Below, in pieces: positions 20,646 to 30,149 of a DNA stretch of 32,013 nt (position 1 is its first letter; every line of letters begins with the position of its first letter). Below the pieces are notes generated by a model. That model had not been told where the DNA came from and made no database searches. It was given only the letters and a program-made list of their open reading frames with translations. The translations under genes and the position numbers were made by a program. The stretch spans positions 1-32,013 of the forward strand of contig NW_021836378.1 in assembly GCF_006345805.1 (NCBI RefSeq). Reading direction: 5' to 3'. This DNA comes from Octopus sinensis. Taxonomy: Eukaryota.

Positions 20646-20927
20646 ATAGTCAGCACTTTCACTGCATAATTAAATGCCCAAAACCTGTGAACAATGGATT
20701 AAGCTGAATAAACCAGCAGGTTGCCATGTAGTTCTGGTGTGTGGACACAGCTGGGTCTAAGAGCTTGTGTATCATATTAAAGAATTGGTCATAATTGTCC
20801 ACTCATGTACAGCAAAGCAGAGTCTATGAATGTATGCATACATGCATGTACATACATATGTATGTATTTATATATGTGTGTGTGTATATATATATTTGTA
20901 TAATATTATATTTGTATATATATATAT

Positions 20928-20970
<43 letters not shown>

Positions 20971-21306
20971 ATATATTTATATAATATAATATATATATAT
21001 ATATATTTGTATAATATATAATATATATAATATACACACATGCACATGTGCATATACATGTGCAAAACTGCCGTTGGCCTATATATTGTGTGTGTGTGTG
21101 TATCATATAGACATACCTACATACATACATTTATATATATGTCTATTATGTACTAATATAGATATATATATATATATATACACAGGGTGTACCAAAGTTA
21201 AGGCAACCAACTTTTTTCAATTTTTCCAAAGCAAAATGTTGTTACATTTCAGGTTGGAGTGTTGTAATGCAATGGCAAAGGAAACACACTTGTGACACTA
21301 CCACAT

Positions 21307-21604
21307 TTACTCTCTCTTTTTGCTCTTTTACTTGTTTCAGTCATTTGACTGCGGCCATGCTGGAGCACCGCCTTCAGTCGATCGAGCAAATCGACCCCGG
21401 GACTTATTCTTTTGTAAGCCCAGTACTTATCTACGGTCTCTTTTACTTGTTTCATTCATTTGACTGCGGCCATTTGACTGGAGTACTTTTCTATCGGTCT
21501 ATTTTGCCGAACCGCTAAGTGACAGGGACGTAAACCACCAGCATCGGTTGTTAAGCAATGCTAGGGGGACAAACATAGACACACAAACATATACACACAC
21601 ATGC

Positions 21605-21637
<33 letters not shown>

Positions 21638-22186
21638 TACGACAGGCTTCTTTCAGTTTCCGTCTACCAAATCCACTCACAAGGCATTGGTCGGCCCGAT
21701 GCTATAGTAGAAGATATGTGCCCAAGGTGCCACGCAGTGGGTACTGAACCCGGAACCATGAGGTTGGTACGCAAGCTACCTACCACACAGCCACTCCTGC
21801 GCCTATATATATATATATATATATACATATATATGACAGGCTTCTTTCAGTTTCCGTCTGCCAAATCCACTCACAAGGCATTGGTCGGCCCGAGGCTATA
21901 GCAGAAGACACTTGCCCAAGGTGCCACGCAGTGGGACTGAACCCGGAACCATGTGGTTGGTAAGCAAGCTACTTACCACACAGCCACTCCTGCGCCTATA
22001 TATATATATATATACATATATACAACAGGCTTCTTTTCAGTTTCCATCTTCCAAATCCACTCACAAGGCTTTGGTCGGCCCGAGGCTATAGCAGAAGACA
22101 CTTGCCCAAGGTGCCACGCAGTGGGACTGAACCCGGGACCATGTGGTTGGTAAACAAGCTACTTCCCACACAGCCACTCCTGCGCC
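21307..22186 (-). mobile_element. SINE family A with three tandem 5' halves
   Basis: Heads end at 21803, 21996 and 22186, each preceded by (TA)n; one 3' half at 21307-21600. Confidence 0.9.
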
Positions 22187-22625
22187 TTATATGTGCTTGT
22201 ATATATATATATATATATATATGTATACATCCTCACTCACATAAATAATTATATGTTTGTATGTACGACTAATTTTAGTAGTATACATGTTGCTCCAAGA
22301 AATCACGTAAACCAACCTGAAACACGGTAATAAAAATGGCATTCTGTAATAATTGCTTTCCATTTCCTGCAAGAATGGTTTTATGCTCTGCTCTAATACG
22401 TTACTCTCTCCATCTCCTTTACTCTCCTCCTCTCCATTTCATTCTCTTCACTGACTATCCTAAACAGCATGTTCCACTATCCAATAATTTCATGTTTTCA
22501 GTGTAAATTAAAGACTTGCTCTCATATCTACTTTAAAAGCAATTCCATTACTATCTCCTCACAAAAGCACCGATCTCTCTTTTATCAGTTGTTCCCGTTT
22601 TTTTTTTATGTCACCTTTATTCTAC

Positions 22626-22839
22626 TCCAGTTATTCTTAGCCAGGACCCGTATGGCCCCTGTTAATCTACCAGTGATTTCCAGTTATTCTTAGCCAGGAC
22701 CCGTATGGCCCCTGTTAATCTACCAGTGATTTCCAGTTATTCTTAGCCAGGACCCATATGGCCCCTGTTAATCTACCAGTGATTTCCAGTTATTCTTAGC
22801 CAGGACCCATATGGCCCCTGTTAATCTACCAGTGATTTC
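22626..22839. repeat. 53-bp minisatellite, four near-identical copies
   Basis: Units at 22626, 22679, 22732 and 22785. Copies 1-2 have CCCGTAT and copies 3-4 have CCCATAT. Confidence 0.95.
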
Positions 22840-23077
22840 ACTGCATCTGTTATGTATTCATAGCTTATATTGGGTGCAACGAATGGAATTACTTCCCACT
22901 TCTTTCCTATCTATTGAACAGGATCATTTACCTGACGGAAAGAGAGTCTTATCTACTTTCTTGCTAACAGCAACTTTAGTAGTTGTTAGGTTATCTTTAA
23001 CCCTTTAGTGTTCAGAATACTCGGTTAAATGTAATACTTTTTCACTCAAATTGTTTTGAATTAATCATGCATTATCT

Positions 23078-23496
23078 TGTAATGAGAAAGGATCTATTAT
23101 CGAAGCACTGGAAGGGTGTCGATATCCGATCTAGTCACATATAAAATTCTAGAAAACAATACAGACGAACTCAGGTTAAAGGGGTGAACAGACAGTATTT
23201 TGGTTTATTGATTTCGATGTAGTACGTTGTCTGGTGGGAGAAAGACAGCCTCTGATATACTGCTTCGTGTTAGTCGTTGAAGTTGGTTGAAGTTGGTTGC
23301 TGGTCGTGTGGCTGTCAGAGCCCGGAATTCGTGACTGATCGCAATGCTGTCTTAGCCGAAGAGGGAGATTTGAGCTTCGCGGGCTCGAGGGAACGTTTTT
23401 TCCCGCACATGCGCATGGGGAAGACTTCCGGTGGCCATCCGGAAGTAGTCCCATTCTGCGCATGCGCGCCGAACCCTACACAGTAGCATCACTACA
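23078..23496 (-). mobile_element. Solo LTR (419 bp), Ty3/gypsy-type termini
   Basis: TGTAATGA...TCACTACA inverted termini, 4-bp TSD ATCT (23074-23077 and 23497-23500), and AATAAA on the minus strand. Confidence 0.8.
23409..23468. promoter_or_regulatory. NRF1-like and ETS-like motif cluster in the LTR
   Basis: TGCGCATGCGCG (23457-23468), ATGCGCAT (23409-23416), and the inverted pair ACTTCCGG (23424-23431) / CCGGAAGT (23439-23446). Confidence 0.5.
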
Positions 23497-23643
23497 ATCT
23501 TATAGCTTTGCGGTTTCAGTGATGTGATTGTTTATTTTTAGCATGACATTGTAGGTTAGGTGTAAGAGGCTAGATATTTCCAGTGTGAATATAAGACATT
23601 TAGAATATTTGGGCTGGATATGGCTGGTTTGAACACCAAAGGG

Positions 23644-23805
23644 TTAACCCTTTAGCATTTAAACCGGCCATATCCGGCCCAAATATTCCACCCATTTTAT
23701 GTTCAGACCAGCCAGATCAGACCTCTCACATGTACCCTAAAATGTCATTCTAAAAACAATCAATCACATCATTTTGATAGAATAATCTGAATACTAAAGG
23801 GTTAA
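23644..23805 (-). mobile_element. Second, internally deleted TTAA MITE sharing the TTAA with the first
   Basis: AAAGGG-TTAA-CCCTTT junction at 23638-23653; ends CTAAAGGG|TTAA. Confidence 0.85.
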
Positions 23806-23835
23806 GGCCCTTTGATTAGGTTTTGCTTCCATACC

Positions 23836-24249
23836 TATTTCTTTACTACCCACAAGGGGCTAAACACAGAGGGGACAAACAAAGACAGACAAAGGGATTA
23901 AGTCGATTACATCGACCCCAGTGCGTAACTGGTACTTAATTTATCGACCCCGAAAGGATGAAAGGCAAAGTCGACCTCGGCGGAATTTGAACTCACAACG
24001 TAACACAGACGAAATACCTATTTCCTTACTACCCACAAGGGGCCAAACACAGAGAGGACAAACAAGGACAGACAGACGGATTAAGTCGATTATATCAACC
24101 CCCAGTGCGTAACTGGTACTTAATTTATCGACCCCGAAAGGATGAAAGGCAAAGTCGACCTCGGCGGAATTTGAACTCACAATGTAATGCAGACGAAATA
24201 CTGCTAAGCATTTCGCTCGGTGTGCAAACGTTTCTGCCAGCTCGCTGCC
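23836..24249 (-). mobile_element. SINE family B dimer inserted in the RTE LINE
   Basis: Single 13-bp TSD TTGCTTCCATACC at 23823-23835 and 24250-24262. Confidence 0.9.
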
Positions 24250-25056
24250 TTGCTTCCATACCTGGAACTTCTCTAATTCTGCTTCAGATTCTGCAATAAG
24301 AGTGCAGTCATCAGCATATGGTAGTTCTTATGGGCATCCAGTTTTGAATTCCTCTGTTATGGCTTGGAGGATTATGATAAATAAGAGTGGAGTAAGAATT
24401 GATCCCTGGTGAGTTCTAGGTTTTGTGCTAAATTCATCACTGTACATGGCTTTTATTGCTCTACTCCTAGCTTAGGGACCACCAGATAACAGAACAGGGC
24501 ACCCTGTCAAAAGCTTTCTCCAGGTCAACAAAAGCCAAGTACAATGGTTTACATTTGGTCAAATTCTTGTAACTGTCTCACCAGGAAGATGGCATCTGTG
24601 GTACTTATCCCATGAATGAAACCAAACTACATCTCATCTAGTTTAATTCTATTCCTAATCAATTGAAATATATCTCTCTCTCTGCAACTTTCATGACTCG
24701 GTCCTGCAATCTACTAACTCTGATAAAGATCCTTACTTTGTCATAAAGACCATTTTCTTGGTTTCCATGGTGCATACATTCCCCCCTGGCCCCCTGCAGG
24801 ATTACTCAGTTTTGCCAGCTGAGTGGACTGGAGCATCAACATCCTAACCCCTAAACCATACACCCCCCCCACACACACACAGACACATGCATACGTGTGT
24901 GCATGCATGCAGTATAGCACTGTGATTAAAAAGTTTGCTTCCCTATGGCACCTTGGGCAGGGGTAATCTACTATAGTCTTTGGCTGACCAAAGCTATGTA
25001 TATATATGCACGCATTTTTTCTCTCCTTGTTTCTCTCCGTGTTTTTTTTCTGTGTA

Positions 25057-25094
25057 TCTTTCTGTTGAAGAGCGTAGGCTCGAAACGTAAAAGA
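25057..25094 (+). ncRNA. Minimal type I hammerhead-like motif (variant core CUGUUGA)
   Basis: TCTTT-CTGTTGA-A-GAGC-GTAG-GCTC-GAAAC-GTA^-AAAGA. Confidence 0.6.
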
Positions 25095-25190
25095 CTTGTT
25101 TTATTTATATTCCTGAGCACCATACTAATACAATTGTTTGTTTGTATTCCACCTGCCTTTGTCTTTTGTTTATTTTCATAAAGCTTCCTG

Positions 25191-25242
<52 letters not shown>

Positions 25243-25313
25243 GTGATCGCATGTGTACCGTTGACGATTTTTTTTCCTCCGTCTTCACTTCTTTGGATCT
25301 TTCCTTTTCCTAT

Positions 25314-25348
25314 GTTTCTGACGAAGAGCTCTGCTCGAAACGTTAAAC
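25314..25348 (+). ncRNA. Minimal type I hammerhead motif (core CUGACGA)
   Basis: GTTT-CTGACGA-A-GAGC-TCT-GCTC-GAAAC-GTT^-AAAC. Stem III is reduced to the palindrome ACGT. Confidence 0.7.
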
Positions 25349-25588
25349 CCTCCTTCTTCCCTTCTTTCCTGAGCGTCCAATTATACTATACTTGTTCCAT
25401 GACCTCGCATTGTTGTGTTATCTCTTTGTGTTTTCATGTTTGGATTAACGTTATATATATATATATGTATATATATATAAATTCAGGGTGAATACCTGAT
25501 AAGTATAAGCACCTGTATATGCCAGCTAGTAGCAGAGGTGAGAGGATATATGTATCAAATGAAATAGAAAACAGAACACAAAGGATGT

Positions 25589-25683
25589 TGTGGTACACAT
25601 GTTTCGAGCTTTATAAAACAACTTATTCTTACATCAATGTATAATCGACGTAACAGATAGTTCAAAAGCTCTCTTCAGCCGCA
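25589..25683 (-). ncRNA. Type I hammerhead ribozyme with long loop II
   Basis: Minus strand reads TGCGG-CTGAAGA-GAGCTTT-[52 nt]-AAAGCTC-GAAAC-ATGT-GTA^-CCACA. Canonical core, 7-bp stem II, stem I 4/5 paired. Confidence 0.7.
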
Positions 25684-25865
25684 TGCAATTGCTACACCAA
25701 AGACTTGTATCACATTATGAAAGGTCTGAGAAAGAACATTTGGTATTATTTATAAGGGTAGGTAAATTGAGTATCACTGAGAAAGTATGTTTGTAAATCT
25801 TCATAATCAAATAGGTGTACAGGGTATTATTGGACTCCAAAAATCTGTCCATACCGTTTTATATC

Positions 25866-25909
<44 letters not shown>

Positions 25910-26009
25910 TAAATATATATACATATATAAAACTATATGTATGTGTGTGTGTGTGACTGTGAGTGTGTGTATGTTTGTGTCTCCTCTTGACATTGGGTGA
26001 CAGTTGTAA

Positions 26010-26300
26010 ATGAATTTCTCTGTTGTAAAAGAAAGCCATTTATCACCAATATTCTCTATGAGAACATGTCCAATCATGGAGAAATATTACTTTGCTTGGA
26101 AACTGGTGAGGGTTGGAGACAGGGAGGGCATCCAGTTGCAGAGAATATACCCCAATAAACTCTGTCTTACCAATACAAGCATGGAAAATTGGATGACGAT
26201 GATGATGATGATAATGATGATGATGATGATGATGATGAGGATGATGATGATGATGAGGAGGATGATGATGATGATGATGATGAGGAGGAGGAGGAGGAGG

Positions 26301-26350
<50 letters not shown>

Positions 26351-26396
26351 TGAATGATGATGATGATGATGATGAGGAGGAGGAGGAGGATGATGT

Positions 26397-26429
<33 letters not shown>

Positions 26430-26447
26430 CGACGATGATGATGATGT
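26010..26447 (+). repeat. RTE-type 3' end (26010-26195) whose tail has expanded into a ~255-bp (GAT)n/(GAG)n array
   Basis: GAGGGCATCCAGTTG...AGCATGGAAAATTGGATG runs directly into the triplet array. Confidence 0.8.
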
Positions 26448-26504
26448 ATGTGTAAATATATATATATATATGTGCACTAGTGTGTCACTTATTGCCAACA
26501 TCGT

Positions 26505-26592
26505 TCACAGGCAGACATTTCTTAATCTTCTGTCTTTGTTATTTTCTTCAATATATTCATTCAGTTCTTTCTGTAGGAATCTTGTCAACCAG
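26505..26592 (-). CDS. Candidate terminal exon (SWLTRFLQKELNEYIEENNKDRRLRNVCL*)
   Basis: Strong acceptor CTTCATATTTCATTTCCAG and protein-like composition. No homology recognised. Confidence 0.3.
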
Positions 26593-26964
26593 CTGGAAAT
26601 GAAATATGAAGCAATATCTTTTTAGAGCTGCTGAAATACAATATATGAGACTTTAAAAGAAGTTCTTGGCCGGAGCTATAAAAGTTCCTAATTTGAAAAA
26701 CCTCGTCTTAACTGAAGGTTTTTCACATAGTTCAAATATCTTGGAAAAATATCATTGTCCTACCCACCACCACCACCTCCTCCTCCTCCTCCTCCTCATC
26801 ATCATCATCATCATCATCACTTGCTTGCGGTATTTAATGGTCAGACACCCTCCTGAATGCCAACCTTGCTTTTCATTACGCTACACCTTCGCACAACGAA
26901 CCACAGATAGACTTTTTGTTTATGATAGACAAAAACGGTGCTACTCACACACACACATATATAT

Positions 26965-27116
26965 ATCTTTTCAGTTTCCCCTGTACCAAATCCACTCACA
27001 AGGCTTTGGTCAGCCCAAGGCTTATAGTAGAAGACACCCCAAATTCCACAGTGGGAGTGAACCTGAAACCATATAGTTGAGAAGCAAGCTTCTTACCACA
27101 CAGCCATGCCTGTGCC
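26965..27116 (-). mobile_element. Older SINE family A 5' half
   Basis: Diverged family A head and body. Confidence 0.8.
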
Positions 27117-27149
27117 TATATATGAACAACTATAAATCCAAAATGACAT

Positions 27150-27563
27150 ACTCTTTACTCTTTTATTTGTTTCAGTCATTTGATTGTGGCCTGCTGGAGC
27201 ACCGCCTTTAGTCAAGTAACTTGACCCTGGGACTTATTCTTTTGTAAGCCCAGTACTTATTCTATCGGTCTCTTTTGCTGAACCGCTAAGTAACGGGGAC
27301 ATAAACACACTAGCATCGGTTGTCAAGCAATGCTAGGGGGACAAACACAGATGCACAAACATACACGCACACACATATATATATATATATACATATATAC
27401 GATGGGCTTCTTTCAGTTTCCATCTACCAAATCCACTCACAAGTCATTGGTCGGCCCGGGGCTATAGCAGAAGACTCTTGCCCAAGGTGCCACGCAGTGG
27501 GGCTGAACCCGGAACCATGTGGTTGGTTAGCAAGCTACTTACCACACAGCCACTCCTGCGCCT
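27150..27563 (-). mobile_element. SINE family A, full length
   Basis: Head at 27563; tail AAAAGAGTAAAGAGT at 27150. Confidence 0.9.
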
Positions 27564-27580
27564 ATATATATATATATATT

Positions 27581-29036
27581 TCTTATTATAAAAGGCAGAT
27601 TTTATCTGCCTCCCTTTGTAAGTTATAGAAATCTACAATATAGGATTTCTTCAATTACAATTTACCTAGCATTTTTAAGAGTAGAATGCATCGGGTCATG
27701 CCAGGTCCAGTTTTTAAAATTTTAACTCCAATTAAGCAAAATTTACAGAAAACTCACATTCTGGTGTGTGTGTCAAATGCTTTTCTTAATGTGGTTTACA
27801 CCACTAGCACACGCACACACACAGTGTGCAACAAATAAAATGAAAGTAAATAGCGACAGAGTGATTTGAGGAAGACTAAACTGAAAGTATTTAAACCACT
27901 ACTCAAAAAATAAAAAAACACAGCAAACAGAAACAAATAAATACATAACGATTTACTCCTCACACAATTTCTTCAATTAGAGTGTACCCATGATTTTTCA
28001 GAGTACTTCAGTGGGTGATGCCATAAAAAGTTTCTTTCAATTTTACCACCAATTAAGACAAAATTCGAGAAAACTCAATATTTTAACATTTCACTCCGAA
28101 AGCATTGATGTACATGTGTGCGTGCGTGAGTGTGTGTGTGTGTGTGTGGTGTGTGTGTTTGATGGGTTGTGCGACACAGAAAGTGTGGTGTGTAAGTGAA
28201 GTGCTTTTGTTAGTGTGTGTAAAGAGACAGACAGAGTGAAAGACAGAAATAAGCGCGCGTAATTGAAAGTTTTCACTATATCATCACGTGCGAAAAAATT
28301 CGAAGGGCTTTGAACAATTGAGATACAGATGTCACGCCTGTATTGAAACCATTGCTAAGCTGGCCGTAATTGCTTAATTAAGACTTTGTTTAAATTGAAA
28401 GGGGCAAATATGTGACGAGGTTGAAAAAAAATACCCCAGAAAAAAAATGTACTGCTGGTATTTATATAATTCACTACTATTTTGCTACAATGTCATGAAA
28501 AAGAAAAAATTTAGGTATGTAAATCGAATTCGCACCCCCCTTTTCTTCGCGTTCGCGTTTTGTAAAAAAAATTATTATTTAAGTTTTAAAAATTATTTAC
28601 TTTGTTCAAAAAATATTAATATTAATTAATTTTCAAGAATTATTTAATTTTATTCTGTAAAATAGTAATTAATTCATTTATCTGTAAATCCGCGAGGTTG
28701 TTACTCAGGCACCTAGAATGGTAACCTTCAACTAACACTATCTCCTCCGAGACCCTGCGGCGCAAGTTGACCAAAATTGAGAGTATGGTAGAAGAAGGGT
28801 TGCTCTTCCTTCCGTAGAACATAAATTCAAATCGGACCATGTTAACACAAAAATATTTACAAAAAATCAAAAATGCTTTTTTCTATGAAAATCCCTATTT
28901 TTTACGATTTTTTCACTGCTGTGTCGCCACTTTTCGTGTATTTCGACCAGAAAAATGTTCACAAAATTTTTACTTTTCAAAATTACAATTCCAGCGGGTC
29001 GAAACAAACCCGAGCAACACCGAGCGATACTGCTAG
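27581..29036 (+). mobile_element. 1.46-kb non-autonomous Helitron-like element
   Basis: 5' TCTTATTATAAAAGGCAG and 3' CCCGAGCAACACCGAGCGATACTGCTAG|T (H1-type end). Inserted in a (TA)n tract between SINE A units. Confidence 0.75.
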
Positions 29037-29057
29037 TATATATATATACATATATAC

Positions 29058-29217
29058 AACAGGCTTCTTTCAGTTTCCGTCTACCAAATCCACTCACAAG
29101 GCATTGGTCGGCCCGAGGCTATAGCAGAAGACACTTGCCCAAGATGCCACGCAGTGGGACTGAACCTGGAACCATGTGGTTGGTTAGCAACTACTACCAC
29201 ACAGCCACTCCTGTGCC
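29058..29217 (-). mobile_element. SINE family A 5' half
   Basis: Young family A head and body. Confidence 0.85.
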
Positions 29218-29645
29218 TATATATGAACAACTATAAATCCAAAATGACATCTGGAATTTTTTATAGGGAATACATTTTATTAGGAAGATTTAACTGATAT
29301 TTCTTGATAAATGAGTGACAAGTAACAACATATAATGGTTCTCATGTGGATGATTTTATCTCTTTGTAAAATATAAGTTATTAAATTCTTTTCAACCATG
29401 AATTGCCATGATTCAAAATATCAAAGAGATAAGATTTTTTCGTAAAACTACTACCTTAATAATTTTCAAGTTTTTAGACATTTTTAAAGAAAAAATTTCA
29501 GGAAATAATGGAAAAATATTTTTGCTTTTGTATATTTTATTCCTTTTCATTTTTATTCTTTTATTGCTTTCAGTCATTTACTGGCAATTAGGTTAAGGCT
29601 TTACCTTACACATCTGTGTGTGTGTACGTGTGTATATATATATAT

Positions 29646-30082
29646 CATCATCATCATCATTTAGTGTCCGCTTTCCATGCTAGCATGGGTTGGACGGTTC
29701 ACCTGGGGTCTGGGAAGCCAGAAGGCTGCACCAGGCCCAGTCTGATCTGGCAGTGTTTCTACGGCTGGATGCCCTTCCTAACGCCAACCACTCCGTGAAT
29801 GTAGTGGGTGCTTTTTACGTGCCACCTGCACAGGTGCAAGACAAGTCTGGCAAACGGCCACGGTCGGATGGTGCTTTTTACGTGCCACCGGCACGGAGGC
29901 CAGGCAAGGCTGGCAACGGCCACGATCGGATGGTGCTTTTTACGTGCCACCGGCACGGAAGCCAGTCAGGGCGGCACTGGCAACGGCCACATTCGGATGG
30001 TTCTCTTATGTGCCACCAGCACTGATATCACAGCGACAATTTCCATTCGTGTTGATCGATTTTGATTTTTGATTTTTTGATT
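29646..30082 (-). mobile_element. Family D element with four ~62-bp internal repeats
   Basis: Colinear with 6663-7089 and has the same 5' boundary. Confidence 0.85.
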
Positions 30083-30149
30083 ACGATACACGATACGTGT
30101 ATTAAAGCACTACTAATAGTTTTATATGTTGAGAAAACTCCATTTAGGA

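Larger units (their letters stand above)
22997..23647 (+). mobile_element. TTAA (piggyBac-type) MITE interrupted by a solo LTR
   Basis: TTAA|CCCTTTAG ... CAAAGGG|TTAA; homologous to 30239-30465. Confidence 0.85.
22810..24800 (-). mobile_element. Decayed RTE-clade LINE ORF2 (RT and downstream Cys-rich region), split by nested insertions
   Basis: Peptides FGFIHGISTTDAIFLVRQLQ, LYLAFVDLEKAFDRVP, HQGSILTPLLFII and ELPYADD. After excising the inserts, it continues GLKDNLTTTKVAVSKK...GSNSIRCTQYKL*IHNRCS. Confidence 0.85.
25000..25460 (+). mobile_element. Penelope-like terminal region (family E) with two hammerhead-like motifs
   Basis: Two related segments separated by (TA)n, each containing GAAGAGC...GCTCGAAACGT. 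Confidence 0.7.

Noticed and set aside
26043-26625. Poly-Asp/Glu, poly-His, poly-Met and poly-Ser ORFs
   Set aside because: All come from one (GAT/GAG)n array grown from a retroelement tail.
29560-29595. Plus-strand micro-exon candidate TTTCAG|TCATTTACTGGCAATTAG|GT
   Set aside because: The sequence resembles a decayed SINE A tail (TTGTTTCAGTCATTTGACTG).
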